A stretch of 63,764 bases of DNA, filler included, from Gonapodya sp. JEL0774 (taxonomy: Eukaryota), in the NCBI GenBank assembly GCA_027604505.1. It is 3 parts of 3 records of this genome, joined end to end, with 100 filler letters (N's around TTAATTAATTAA, not from the genome) between each part and the next. Parts side by side here need not be neighbours in the genome. Positions count along the whole stretch, not along the records: positions 1 to 21,503 come from JADIIX010000244.1; positions 21,604 to 43,087 come from JADIIX010000245.1; 1 more part is not named here. The stretch is one strand, 5' to 3'. Position 1 is the stretch's first letter. Each line of letters opens with the position of its first letter. The position numbers were made by a program, and so were the translations under genes. Under the pieces are notes generated by a model. The model had not been told where the DNA came from. It made no database searches and saw only the letters and a program-made list of their open reading frames with translations. Below are positions 11,501 to 23,262 of the stretch, in pieces.

Positions 11501-12838
11501 CATCATAGGTGCCAGTGCACTCGCCGAGGCTCTGAAGATCAATGGGACATTGGCGTCTCTGGACCTCCTAGGTGAGTACTCATTCACAATGTCGCGGCTT
11601 CCCCGTCCTTCCTCCCTCCCTTTGTCCCACGCGCTCAACCCTCCCGTCCCCACGCAATGGCACAGGGAACGCAATCAACGACGCAGGTGCCAGTGCTCTC
11701 GCCGAGGCTTTGAAGATCAATGGGACAATGAAGTTTCTCAACCTCCATGGTGAGTACAGATTCACAGTGACACAGTGTCTCCGTCCTCATTCCTCCCTTC
11801 GTCCCACATGCTCAACCCTTCCGTCCCCATGTAACGACAAAGCAAACGACATTGGCATCGCAGGTGCCATTGCTCTCGCCGAGGCTTTGAAGATCAATGG
11901 AGCGTTGACGTCTCTCGACCTCCGTGGTGAGTGCCGATTCACAGTGTCACAGTGTCTCCGTCCTTCCTCCCTCCCTTCGTCCCACATGCTCAACCCTTCC
12001 GTCCCCATGTAACAACAAAGCAAACCACATTGGCATCGCAGGTGCCAGTGCTCTCGCCAGTGCCCTGAAGATCAACGGGACATTGACGTCTCTTAACATG
12101 GGGGGTGAGTACCCATTCACAGTGTCACAGCGTCTCCGTCCTCCCTCTTTGTTCGCACCGCACGCTCGACCATCCTGTCCCCAGGTTATGGCGCAGGGGA
12201 CGCAATCAGGTACATAGGTGCCAGTGCTCCCTCCAGGGCTTTGAAGATCAATGGGACATTGACGTATTTTGACCTCCTAGGTGAGTACCGATTCACAATG
12301 TCGCGGCTTCCCCGTCCTTCCTCCCTCCCTTTGTCCCACGCGCTCAACCCTCCCGTCCCCACGCAATGACACAGGGAACGCAATCAGCGACGCAGGTGCT
12401 AGTGCTCTCGCCGAGGCTCTGAAGGTCAATGGGACATTGACGTTTCTTGACCTCTGTGGTGAGTACAGATTGACAGTGTCACAGTGTCACAGTGTCTCCG
12501 TCCTTCTTCCTCACTTGGTCCCACCCGGTCAATCCTCCTTTCCCCATGTAATAACACAGAGAACAAAATCAGTGACATAGGTGCCATTGCTCTCGCCGAA
12601 GCCTTGAAGAGCAATAACACCTTGACGGATCTCAACCTCTCTTGTGAGTACAAATCGCCGCTTCACAGGTATTCCGTCCTCCCTCCCACCCACACGCTCA
12701 ACACTTGCTTACCCATACCATACCATAGATAACTTCATTGGCGAGTCCGGCGTCCGTGCCCTCGAGGCCCTTCAGAGTGCCGAGCGTACAATTGATGTTT
12801 CAAACCAGAGAAGTCTCTCATATCTATTTCTTCGTTAA
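8513..12838 (+). CDS. NLR paralogue 2: amyloid-like motif, NB-ARC, degenerate TPR, linker, 11 RI-type LRRs and a cap
   Basis: Exons 8513..8661 (MLGDTADAAK...IGGSARVHIGNTTIIN), 8725..10505 (FVGR, GLGGVGKT, LLIVDNADD, MHRLVH) and 10580..10654. Then 84-nt exons starting at 10750, 10982, 11154, 11320, 11488, 11666, 11843, 12021, 12197, 12375 and 12560, and a terminal exon 12729..12838. Splice sites are canonical and the frame is open. Confidence 0.88.
10750..12643 (+). repeat. Tandem exon+intron LRR repeat array (11 units)
   Basis: 84-nt exons spaced mostly 166-185 bp apart, with near-identical introns recurring. Confidence 0.92.
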
Positions 12839-14469
12839 TTCAGTATATTTTGATGTCTGTTGTTCTATCAGTACTTTCATCTGTATTTCCAATTGCTCAT
12901 CGAATCAGGAAATGAACACCGTGCCTCGATGGATGTGGTTGACTCGCTCCCACACAGACTCGCACCGTCCTCCGCCCTGGCCACACTTATGTGAAAATCA
13001 ACTGATTAAATTTGATTCGTCTACGCGCAACGCAGAAGATTTGTATCGTGATGCACCACTTTCTTACGCTCTGGTACATCACTTCAGAGTTCAGCCATGT
13101 GTAACTTTCTCAACCACGTCACTACGCTCTACAGAGAGTATATTTCAATGATATTATGGCTATCACTCTCGACCATAGACTGAGTTGTTTACCCCGACAG
13201 GACGGTGTGGTCATTTGCGAAATTTCTGATTGGGCGTTTTGTCCCCATCCTTCGGATTATAGACGGTACACACATAAAGTCGAAGTCCTTTTTACAATTT
13301 GCAATCGACCGTGAGATGCGTAATTCTCATTTGCTTGAGACTTGGTACGTGCTTTAGCGTATCAAATTTCTGCTACTGGACGGAAAAGTTCAACGGGTTT
13401 CATTCACGACACAGTACAGGCCATCCTCTGTGTGCGCTACGACCGAAATAGCGGGCCCCGCGTAGAATCCCGCTTAGCTCTTGCGTTTAGCGGTCACGGT
13501 TTCTTGCCAGCATCGTCAGTTTGATCTTGGAGCTGGACTCCGCGACAGAACCATCCTCGGGTGTCCGAGTCATTTTCGGAAGTGGCTCGGAGACTCAGAG
13601 TCAAATGTCGACTGCTGTGCACCGCTTTTTGGCTGAGCCGTCGGAGCGGATGTACGTCGTGGTTGGGTTGGAAGATAAGGGGTATCGGTGTGATTTGGGT
13701 TCAAGTCTTCATTTCAGTGGATGCCGTGTCTCGCACCCAATCTACCAGCAATGGTCGACTGCGACTTCTTTTCCTATGGTCCTACGTTGGGTCTTCCTCC
13801 GGCTTCGCTCTTGGATCCGGATTTCGTCTGTGGAGAGGGTGCACATAATACAGGGAGACCGCGGTCGTGACCTCAGCAATCAGTGTGAGCCGCACTCTCT
13901 CTCCGTCACACGCATTCTCGATGAATGAATTGAATCCGCTATCACGCAACGGCATCCGCACAGTCACAGATCGCCGTTCAAATGAAAGATCGTTTCTTCC
14001 CTGCCGCCGACAAACTTACCTCCCCTTAACACACTATGTGCTCGGCCGTAGCCCTCCGTACCCACCAAAGCCGTGTTCACCTCTCAACACGACCTTTTCT
14101 CCGCCATTCTATTCTCCTTCTTTGGGGTTGGTTTTCGAGTTTTGGATCAGGGTCATCGGGCATGGGGTGTGGCCTGGTTGGGGATTTGGGAGTTTTGGTC
14201 TCGCAGCTGGTGCTATGGTTGGGACATGACAGCGGGTGGGAGAGAGTTCGACGTTGATGGAACCGAATTTTCAACGGTTCAATGCCTCTCGATCACCTTT
14301 CCGTCCCATTCCCCGTTTTCCTTCTCCCACCAACCCAGCCACACCACACGATCAACCTCCCCAATCATCAAGTCCAAGCGGTCCTGCACGTGTTGCGCAA
14401 GCGGGCAGCCCGTGGTCATGTGGAGACCTTGCTGGAGGTGGGGCGAGGATGGAGGTGAAGAAGGTGAAG

Positions 14470-17400
14470 GGTCCGTCGAGAACCACAACTTGACGCTGGC
14501 AAAGTCAGTTTTGGTCTGCTCGCAATGTGTGTTCCTCTCAAGACTGAAATCATTCTTGCCCCCTACCTCTATCCCACCCCACCTGCCTACCGCCTAGACG
14601 CCACCCCCGTCGACGCGGCCCGCCTCCACTCCAACACATTCTTCGTGGCGATATTGCAGGCGCACCACGAGATGACGTACCATAGGACGGGGGGTAAGGG
14701 TGACAGCGGGGCCGGGGTGAAGATGCGAACGGTCCAGAGGGCGAGAGCACCGACCTTGACAGTGGTGGGACGGAGGATGAGACGGTGAAGGAGCAAGAGA
14801 TGGCGATGCGGTGTGCGGGGTACGGGTCGACTCGTGTGCGATGGCGTCCACAGCCGTTCACTCGCCCGCACCTCCGGCCACCACCACGACCACCACGGTG
14901 CACGCTGTCGCTGCGGTACCGACGGTGCAGATGGACGAGGTCCTTGGCCACGTGTCCGCAACCGAGTTCGGGAAGGAGGGTCGGTGCTGGCATCGGGGAT
15001 CATTTACGACGAGGAATCTGAAGGAAATTGAACATGTGAAAGGAGAGGAAGAGTTGGATGGTGTGGGATGGTGGTGGTGCCTGAGCTGTGGGGGCATGGT
15101 GGGTCGGTCAGGCTACGGTAACGAGCATCACCTCGGGGACTCGGAACCGGTTGTTCCTCACCGGGCGCCGCCGCCACCGAGCACACGCATGACCACGCAC
15201 CCCTCTTTCCCGAGTTCTTGGTGGACCCTGCGCCTTCCTCGGCCGGGTCCGCGCGGCGCGCCCGGCGGGCGGGGCGCCGCCGCGCGGGGGGGGGGGGGGG
15301 GGCGGGGGGGGGNNNNNNNNNNCCCCCCCCCGCCCCCCCCCCGCGGCGAGGGACCGTGGGTCGCCGTGTCAACTTCTACACCGGTCGGTATCCACTTCCA
15401 CACCGGTCGTCGATCACGTCACCACAGCGCCAGCCCCTTTGTCGGTGCTCCGCTGGCGCGCAACTTTGGTGACAACTGCGCCGGCGATGCAGTATTCGAT
15501 GGTGCCACCGATCCCCGTTTCAACCACACCTGTGCCCACGGATCATCGACCATCCCGAGAGACGGATCCCGAATTTGTCCTAGCATGCGCCTGGGTGCGG
15601 GTACGCGTACGACAAAGAGGGTGTGGCGGTGGCAGGCAAGGTGAGGTGTGTGGAGAGGGAGCATGACCATGCCTGGAGCGAGGGGGGCCAGCAAGGCAGC
15701 GACAGTGAAATATCTTGCGTCAAGTCCGGGTGGTGGGATTCCACCATCTGCGTCTGGTCACTGCAGACGACACTAGTCGCGATATTGCGACTCTCGTGGG
15801 AGAATGGGGCACCGTGCCTCCGACATTCGACCTCGCGGTCCGACTGGAACCACCTGCGATTCTACTCCGAACCCATCGTGTCCGCCAAGCTCACCTCGTT
15901 GCACGACATTCTCCTCAACTACGTGTCCCGCTCCGTCTTTGTCCATTCCCCCCTCACGCCTCACCTCTTCCTGTCCTGTCATCAAACCCCCACCCCACCT
16001 CTAGTCGAAGGTGCCGACGTGGAGCGATACCCCATCTCTATGGTCACCCTTTCGGTGGCGCAGTGGGTGTCCGTGTTGTCACGGCAGAGATTGAGACCGG
16101 CGGCAATTGATTGGTGGATATAAATATGATGCGTGAAAGGGCAGGGGAGTGGGTGTAGGTTATAAACATTCGTTTTCGGTTCGAACGTTGTCATTGTGTC
16201 TTGCAGGCTCCGGACATGTTTGATTTGCACCTGAGTGAATGCAAATCCACGACGGTTCCTCGTGCCAGCTGCCACGGCAACGCGAAATCACTCACACCCT
16301 CGGCTTCACACCCAGACATCACCACCACCAGCCTCTACACCTGGTCCTTCCCCACCGGCCGACGGCACCACTCTCGACGAGAACCTCGAGCTCCCCGACG
16401 CGGACCTGGTCCCCATCGATTCGAACCCCGAAACCTCTGCAGACGTGTCCATCACGCTGGCGGCACGTTCGGCGCGGCCAACGACGGATCCAACCTGCCG
16501 GTTGTCAACGTCACGCGTGACGTACGTGACACCAGTGGCGCACACGCCGTTCACGGCGAGTTCGATGGGGTACTTAGTCGGGGGACACGAGGATGTACGG
16601 GCCGACGAATACTTCTGTGCTTGCGTTGGGGCAGAATATTGAGATGTGAGTTTGGGGGGTGTGGGGGTGGGGGGTGAAGCGACGGCACACACAGACTCAC
16701 CCCACACCTCACACCGCACACCTCACACATGCACCGCCCCACTACGTCAGAATCGCCAACCTGGACGCCAGGTATCACCCCTTCGACCTCCACGGCCACA
16801 AATTTCGAATCTTGGGCACGAGCATGGACGTAACCTCGGACGACGTCAGTGTGAAACCGCCCGACCACAAGGGCATGGCGAACCGCATGAGATGGGATAC
16901 CACTAAGGTGCCGCTCGTGGGGGTCCGGAAAATTTGGTTTAGGACGGATAATCCGGGGCGTTGGCTGTGGGGTGTTCTGAACGGAGGGGGCGCGCGGTGA
17001 CAAGTCGAGCCGTGTGACGATGTGGCGGTTCACCCACCGTTCGAACCCACCCTTCGCCTCCCGTTCCACCTTCGCCCCTCCAGGTTCCACTGCCACATCG
17101 AATGGCACTCGAGTCCTGGCCGCCCACTTCATCGAAGCGCCTTCAGCAATCCAGGCATTGGCCGCCTCTGCCCCGCCACAACTGGCTCAGCACTGCCAGG
17201 CGCTCGGCGTATCGGTCACGGGCAATGCGGGATGGAAGATGTCGGTGACAGGTGGGTTTCGGTATGGCGGGTGGCGGGGTTTGTGGTGGTGTGATCGGCG
17301 CCAGATATTTTATTTTGTTCATCGGTTTTTTGTTTGTTTCGCGCCAACAGGACTTTGGCGCGTACTCGTTAGGTCCGCACGTGCAAGTGCTCGGGTTTGA

Positions 17401-17704
17401 GGCCAAGAGCATCGTGAGTACACCCCTCTATTACCATCTTCTTCATCACCTGCAACCCCCTCACGACTCCTCAGTTCCCACCCCGCCCAGCCCTCTCCCC
17501 AACCAGATCGGACTCGTCTTCTCTACCCTCTCAGCCGTCCTCGGCATCGCCGCCGTCGCGTGGTACCCCCTTTGCGGCGGCCTGGACGACGAGGAGCTGG
17601 AACTGGAAGTGGCCGCGACCACGGCCATCAAGGCCAAGAAGGGGTCCAAGTGGCAGAGGGCGAAGAACATTTTCAGTAAACGGACCGAGCAGGAGAAGAA
17701 GTAA
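14470..17704 (+). pseudogene. Fet3-like multicopper oxidase pseudogene, copy B, with C-terminal TM helix (5' boundary approximate)
   Basis: VEGADVERYPI, YHPFDLHGHKFRILG, FRTDNPGRWLW, FHCHIEWH followed by a frameshift, and TM IGLVFSTLSAVLGIAAVAWY. The tail KKGSKWQRAK..EQEKK is homologous to copy A. Confidence 0.8.
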
Positions 17705-18083
17705 AGCGGCTGGGGTGGATGGTTGGCGCGGGATGTGGGATCTTGGCACGGACGGGTGCGAATGTTTTGATTCAGAGATATATGTAATGGAGATATCACG
17801 TGATCTGTAGCACCGACCACTCTAATTCTATTGTTCATTATTGAGAGCGTCGTCCTTCGGTACTCGTTCGGTGAAATGGAGCTGGAAATCCTTCGAGAGC
17901 TTCGACACATTATTAAAGTAGCTCATTCACGTTGCATGCTTACATTGTATGCGTCTTCTTAGGCATTTATTACTTCGTGAAGGTGAAAATTGTCCCGGAA
18001 CTGCGTTCATAACAAAGGATGGCGGGCTGATCCAGTTCAGCAGCCGAAAACCGAATCCTCCACAACCCTTGTGCTTGAACAGC

Positions 18084-21000
18084 ATGCTGGGCAACACTGC
18101 TAATGCCGCGAAATCAACGTTTCCCGATTTAAATGCACGAACGGGGGACATAGCAATAGGCAACCAGGACATCGGCGGCTCTGCCCGTGTTCACATTGGA
18201 AACACCACTATCATCAACTACAACCACCAGACGTAAGTTTCACATTTCGAATCAACAAGGAAACAGTTCGTTGACTCTCGCTCATTTAATGTCAGACCTA
18301 CGATCCCAATAGTGTATGGAGGAGTTCATTCGGCTCGTTCCTCGTCACCACAGTATCACATTCCATTTCGCCGGAACAAGCAGTTCGTGGGCCGCGCCAA
18401 AACCATCGATGAATTATATCGCAAGCTGTTTCAAGAAAACTGCGGACGCGTTGCTCTTGTGGGACTCGGCGGCGTCGGCAAGACACAGGTCGCACTCGAG
18501 CTTGCCCATCGAGTGAAGGACACAGAACGGGACTGCTCGGTGTTCTGGGTACCTGCCCTGAGCAGAGAGAGTTTTGAACAGGCATACACTCAAATTGGGG
18601 AATTATTGGGTATCGGGCGGGATGCGGAGAAACCAAAGGATATGGCGAAAACTGTCCACGATCATCTCAGCCAGGGAAAGGCTGGCCGCTGGCTTCTGAT
18701 TGTCGATAACGCCGACGATGATCACATTCTACGTGATATTGATCCTTTCCTTCCCAAGAATGACGAAAGCCGCATTTTGTTCACAACGCGAACGCAGACT
18801 TTGGCGGTGACAGCAGCACGAAAGGACATTGTACGGCTCGACCAAATGGATGAAGTGGAGGCACGCACTTTCTTTCAGAATGCTCTGATCCGCGGAGAAC
18901 TTGCTTCAAACGACCCATCTGTTACCGGTGAGCTTTTGAAAGATCTCACGTACCTACCATTGGCGATCAACCAGGCCGCTGCGTACTTGAATACAAACGA
19001 GCCTACTACGTGCCAACAGTACATGGATATCCTCAAGCGCACTGAAAAGGATGCCATGGAGCTCCTGAGTGTCAGTTCCAACGTTGGAGATCATCAAAAA
19101 TCTGACAATGCGGTTGCAACAACTTGGGTGGTATCGTTTAACCGGATCCGTGAGCTCAACTCAACTGCTGAAAATCTTCTACTTTTCATTGCTTGCATTG
19201 AGTCCAAGGAAATTCCAGAATCCATCTTGCCGGGTGCGGAATCTATTACAGATTTTCGAACTGCGATTGGCGTCTTGGTTGGGTACAATTTTCTATCTGT
19301 GTCTCGTCAACAAGAAAACGGAACCAGTGAAGTGGTTTACACAATGCACCGTCTTGTCCATCTGTCGGCTAAAATTTGGCTCAGCAAGGAATCGCGAACG
19401 GTGAAAGCTGTTAAGGATGCATGTCAACAAATCTCAAACATATTTCCAACCCCTGAATTGAAGAATCGTGACATTTGGAGGAAGTACTTACCGCATACTG
19501 CGAATGTTCTCCGGATCAGGGAGGGGATGGAACTCATTGAGAGATATGAGCTATGCTACAAGCTGGCGAAGTCTTTAATGGTAGACGGAAGATTTGCGGA
19601 GGCTGTGCCATATTTTGAAGAATGTGTCTATCGGAGAGAGACCTTGGCACAAGAGAACCATTCTGCGTCAAAAGTGAACACTGTGGACGACCACCGGGGC
19701 AAAAGATTGAAGCCAAATCTGTGGATCTTCAAAATTGGCAGGAAACTTGGCCTAAATTCCACACCACTCAAGAATACACCTGATAGGTTGACGGAACCAC
19801 TATGGACTCCGTCTGAACTTGCTCTGCGGCAAGAGCTGGCCATTGCTTATCTCTACAGTGACCGAGTTGACAAGGCAGAAGAGTTATTGCTTCTCGTGGT
19901 GACAGAGCGGAAGCGCACTATGACAGATGAGAACCCCATTCTCCTACAGTCCCAGCACGAACTTGCTCGTGCCTTCCGTTTGCAGGGGAAGAGGGACGAG
20001 GCCTTGAACCTGCTGGCACAGGTCCTTGCCGACAGCAAGAATACGCTTGAGAGTGACCATGTTGTGCGACAAGGAATAGAGCAGGATTATTGGAACTGGC
20101 TGCGTTGTGAGATGTGCTGCATGTGCTACTTTTCTTGTTCGGACTCATGTAACACTGCCTTCTCAATTATTGACAAACAGACAGTGGCGGAAGCGCGCGC
20201 GCGGGGTTGTGGACCGACGTCCTGAAAAAGAACGCGGATTTTGTCGATTTGTCAGGTGAGCGCCAACAAGCCAGGGTGATGTTTGACTGTGGCAATGGAG
20301 GTGCTGCTCACCTTACATGACTTTACTGCTACATGCTGTGCATTTACAAGGTAGATCCATTGGGAATGCTGGTGCCTCAGTTGTTGCTAATGCACTGCGA
20401 GAAACGAAAATGTGGCGAGTACTCAATCTCAGATGTGAGTTATTCTCTACAACAGCCGTCCTGGGAGCATGGTACGCTGGCCCCACGCGGATGTGTCCAC
20501 ATATGGGCTAGCGCCCCATCTGCCTCTCACCCTGCCACACGCCCTCACATGTAACAGTCGCTTGCTTGCCCTCGCTTCACAGCAAACTCCATTACTGAGC
20601 AGGGCGTCGAGGTGCTCACTGAGGGATTAAAATTAAACAGCACTTTGGTGGAGCTTGATCTGAGCAGTGGGTTCTACGTCATGGGGTGTCTGTGTCCTCC
20701 CTCACTCCCTTCTTCCAACACGCTCCACCCTCCTGTCCTCACGCCACGACACAGTCAACTTCATTGGCAATGTGGGTGCCAGTGGTCTCGCGGAGGCTCT
20801 GAACATCAACAGGACGTTGACATCTCTCAACCTCAGCTGTGAGTACCGATTCACAAGTTACGGCGACTGCGTCCTCCCTCCCTCCCCGACGCTCACCACT
20901 CGCCCCACACCACAACACAGACAACAAAATCAATGAAACAGGTGCAAGTGCTCTTGCGGAAGCCTTGACAAGCAACAAGACCTTGATGGTCATGAACCTC

Positions 21001-21503
21001 CGTGGTGAGCTGTGTCACAGCATCTCCGTCCTCACTCCCTCCCTTCGTCCCACATGCTCAACCCTTCCATCCCCATGTAACGACAAAGCAACCCACATTG
21101 GCATCGCAGGTTCCATCGCTCTTGCCGAGGCTTTGAAGATCAATGGAGCGTTGACGTCTCTCAACCTCAGTGGTGAGTGCCGATTCTCAGTATCACTGTT
21201 TCATCCGTCCTTCCTCCCTCCCTTCATCCCACACACTTATCCCTCCGGTCCCTACGCTATGACACAGAGAACTTCATCAGTGACGCAGGTGCCAGTGCTC
21301 TCGCCGAGGCTCTGAAGATCAATGGGACATTGGCGTCTCTGGACCTCCTAGGTGAGTACTCATTCACAATGTCGCGGCTTCCCCGTCCTTCCTCCCTCCC
21401 TTTGTCCCACGCGCTCAACCCTCCCATCCCCACGCAATGACACAGGGAACGCAATCAGCGATGCAGGTGCCAGTGCTCTTGCCGAGGCTTTGAAGATCAA
21501 TGG
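18084..21503 (+). CDS. NLR paralogue 3 (3' end lost in assembly gap): amyloid-like motif, NB-ARC, degenerate TPR, linker, at least 7 LRRs
   Basis: Exons 18084..18232 (…GDIAIGNQDIGGSARVHIGNTTIINYN), 18296..20106 and 20181..20255. Then 84-nt exons at 20351, 20583, 20755, 20921, 21089 and 21268, and a partial exon from 21446 running into Ns. Confidence 0.86.
20351..21503 (+). repeat. Tandem exon+intron LRR repeat array (6 full units and 1 partial)
   Basis: Same 84-nt exon/homologous intron unit as the other two arrays. Confidence 0.9.
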
Positions 21504-21603
21504 NNNNNNNNNNNNNNNNNNNNNNNNNNNNNNNNNNNNNNNNNNNNTTAATTAATTAANNNNNNNNNNNNNNNNNNNNNNNNNNNNNNNNNNNNNNNNN
21601 NNN

Positions 21604-22940
21604 GATGTGGGACACCGTTTGCAAACTGAGCTCACAGTATTCCTGCACCTTCCCCTCCCACACAAGAATTATTTCCGTGTTCCGTCCTCTCAAAGCTAAC
21701 CTGGGGAACCTCATCGTTGTTTCCGTCATGCCCCGCCCTGCCATTCTCACCCTGTGGATTACCTGAATAGATGGGCAGGTGCGCCTTCCTGAACACCCGA
21801 CGAGCAGTGTGCTCCATTTCCTCGAGCACGTTTGCGGGTACACGAGGGGATGACCAAGCGTAACTGACGATTGACGAACGTTTGGGTTTCGTTGAGAGCT
21901 CAGCTAAGAGCGCCAAGGCCCCCTGTAGCACAGCGGGGGCACTCACCCTGTCAAAGATTCGACTCTACCTCTGTCAACAATAGAGAATCCGTGCAGTTGT
22001 TGCCCACTCTCCAAACCCCTCACATCCACGATGACCTCCCCTCCACCTCGTGGGTGGAGGCCTCTCCGCACCACACCAATCTCAAACCCCGCACTACCGC
22101 TCTCGGGTTTTAGTCCGAGCTTGCCATGCACCACCTCTTGAAACACTTTGGTAATGTAGTCGATCGGAGGCGAGTGGTCCACATCGGTGCCTCCTCGCAA
22201 CACCAGTCGGGTTTCCCCAGGGGTGAACAAAAGGACGGGGAGTGAGCCTTGGATGAGCAGCGACACGGAGCCTGCGGTACCGGTGTCTGCTACATATGAA
22301 CGAGTGGGGGAGTCATCAGAAAGAAAATGCTGGGTGGTGTAAGCGGACGTCGAGTTTCCGAGAAACGGTGGCCGTGTTGCCATTACTGCTGGACTGTTCA
22401 AGGGGAGATCGTTCACTTCTCCGGAGATCATCGGTGGTGTATACAGAAGTTCACACGAGTCGACTCGAGAACCAAAAGTCGTGGCATGTGAGACTTCGGC
22501 GACGAGATTAACGCCTGTCATGTGTTGAGGACGTAGACCTGAAATATGGACACAGTTCGTGAAGCCAATCCTGGTTTTCTAATACAGCAGCGAGGGATGA
22601 TTCAAAAACGAGCTCACCAGGCTTTTCTCTGTTCTTCCGAATATCGCGGATCCGAACAGGGCTACCCAAGATGGCGGCGTATGCGAGCGAACTTCTCAAG
22701 ACTACACCGTCCATCCGGGAACAAGATGAGCGGTGGAAAGTCCCACACTTGGAAAAACTCCATGATTCACGCACTCTGTCCACCGCCCTCGAGAATACCT
22801 CCATCGATTTCGATACGTTCCCGTCCGTCGCTGTCCCCGTCCGAATCCGCGTATTGCTCAAGTCCGGGAAGGAGCGCTTTGCTGGGACGCGCGCGCGATC
22901 CACGAGCTGATTTACCGGACGAGTGGCGGGGTTTTGGCAT
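21604..22940 (-). CDS. RTCA: RNA 3'-terminal phosphate cyclase (RtcA type), 3' end in gap
   Basis: IEIDGGILEGGGQ, IRKNREKPG/LRPQHMTG, DTGTAGSVSLLIQ, LRGGTDVDHSPPIDY and RRGLHPRGGGEV motifs across spliced exons. Confidence 0.88.
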
Positions 22941-23262
22941 CGAGGTCGGTGGATCGAGTGAGAATCTGTTGAACGATGACTTTTCAGAGCGAGTGATATC
23001 CTGCACTCGCCACGCTGCGGTTCATCCCGCCAAGGACTAGTCCGAAGTTCACCAAGTGACAAATGGATTGGAAAATACATTCGACACTACGAAGAAGAAT
23101 ACACATTTGCTACGGAATACCTGAAGGCTCGCTATATTCCCTTGTGCTTATTCGATATTGACNNNNNNNNNNNNNNNNNNNNNNNNNNNNNNNNNNNNNN
23201 NNNNNNNNNNNNNNNNNNNNNNNNNNNNNNNNNNNNNNNNNNNNNNNNNNNNNNNNNNNNNN

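Noticed and set aside
21548..21559. TTAATTAATTAA palindrome inside N runs (also 43132..43143)
   Set aside because: Scaffolding linker with stops in all frames, not biological. It also means adjacency across these gaps is uncertain.
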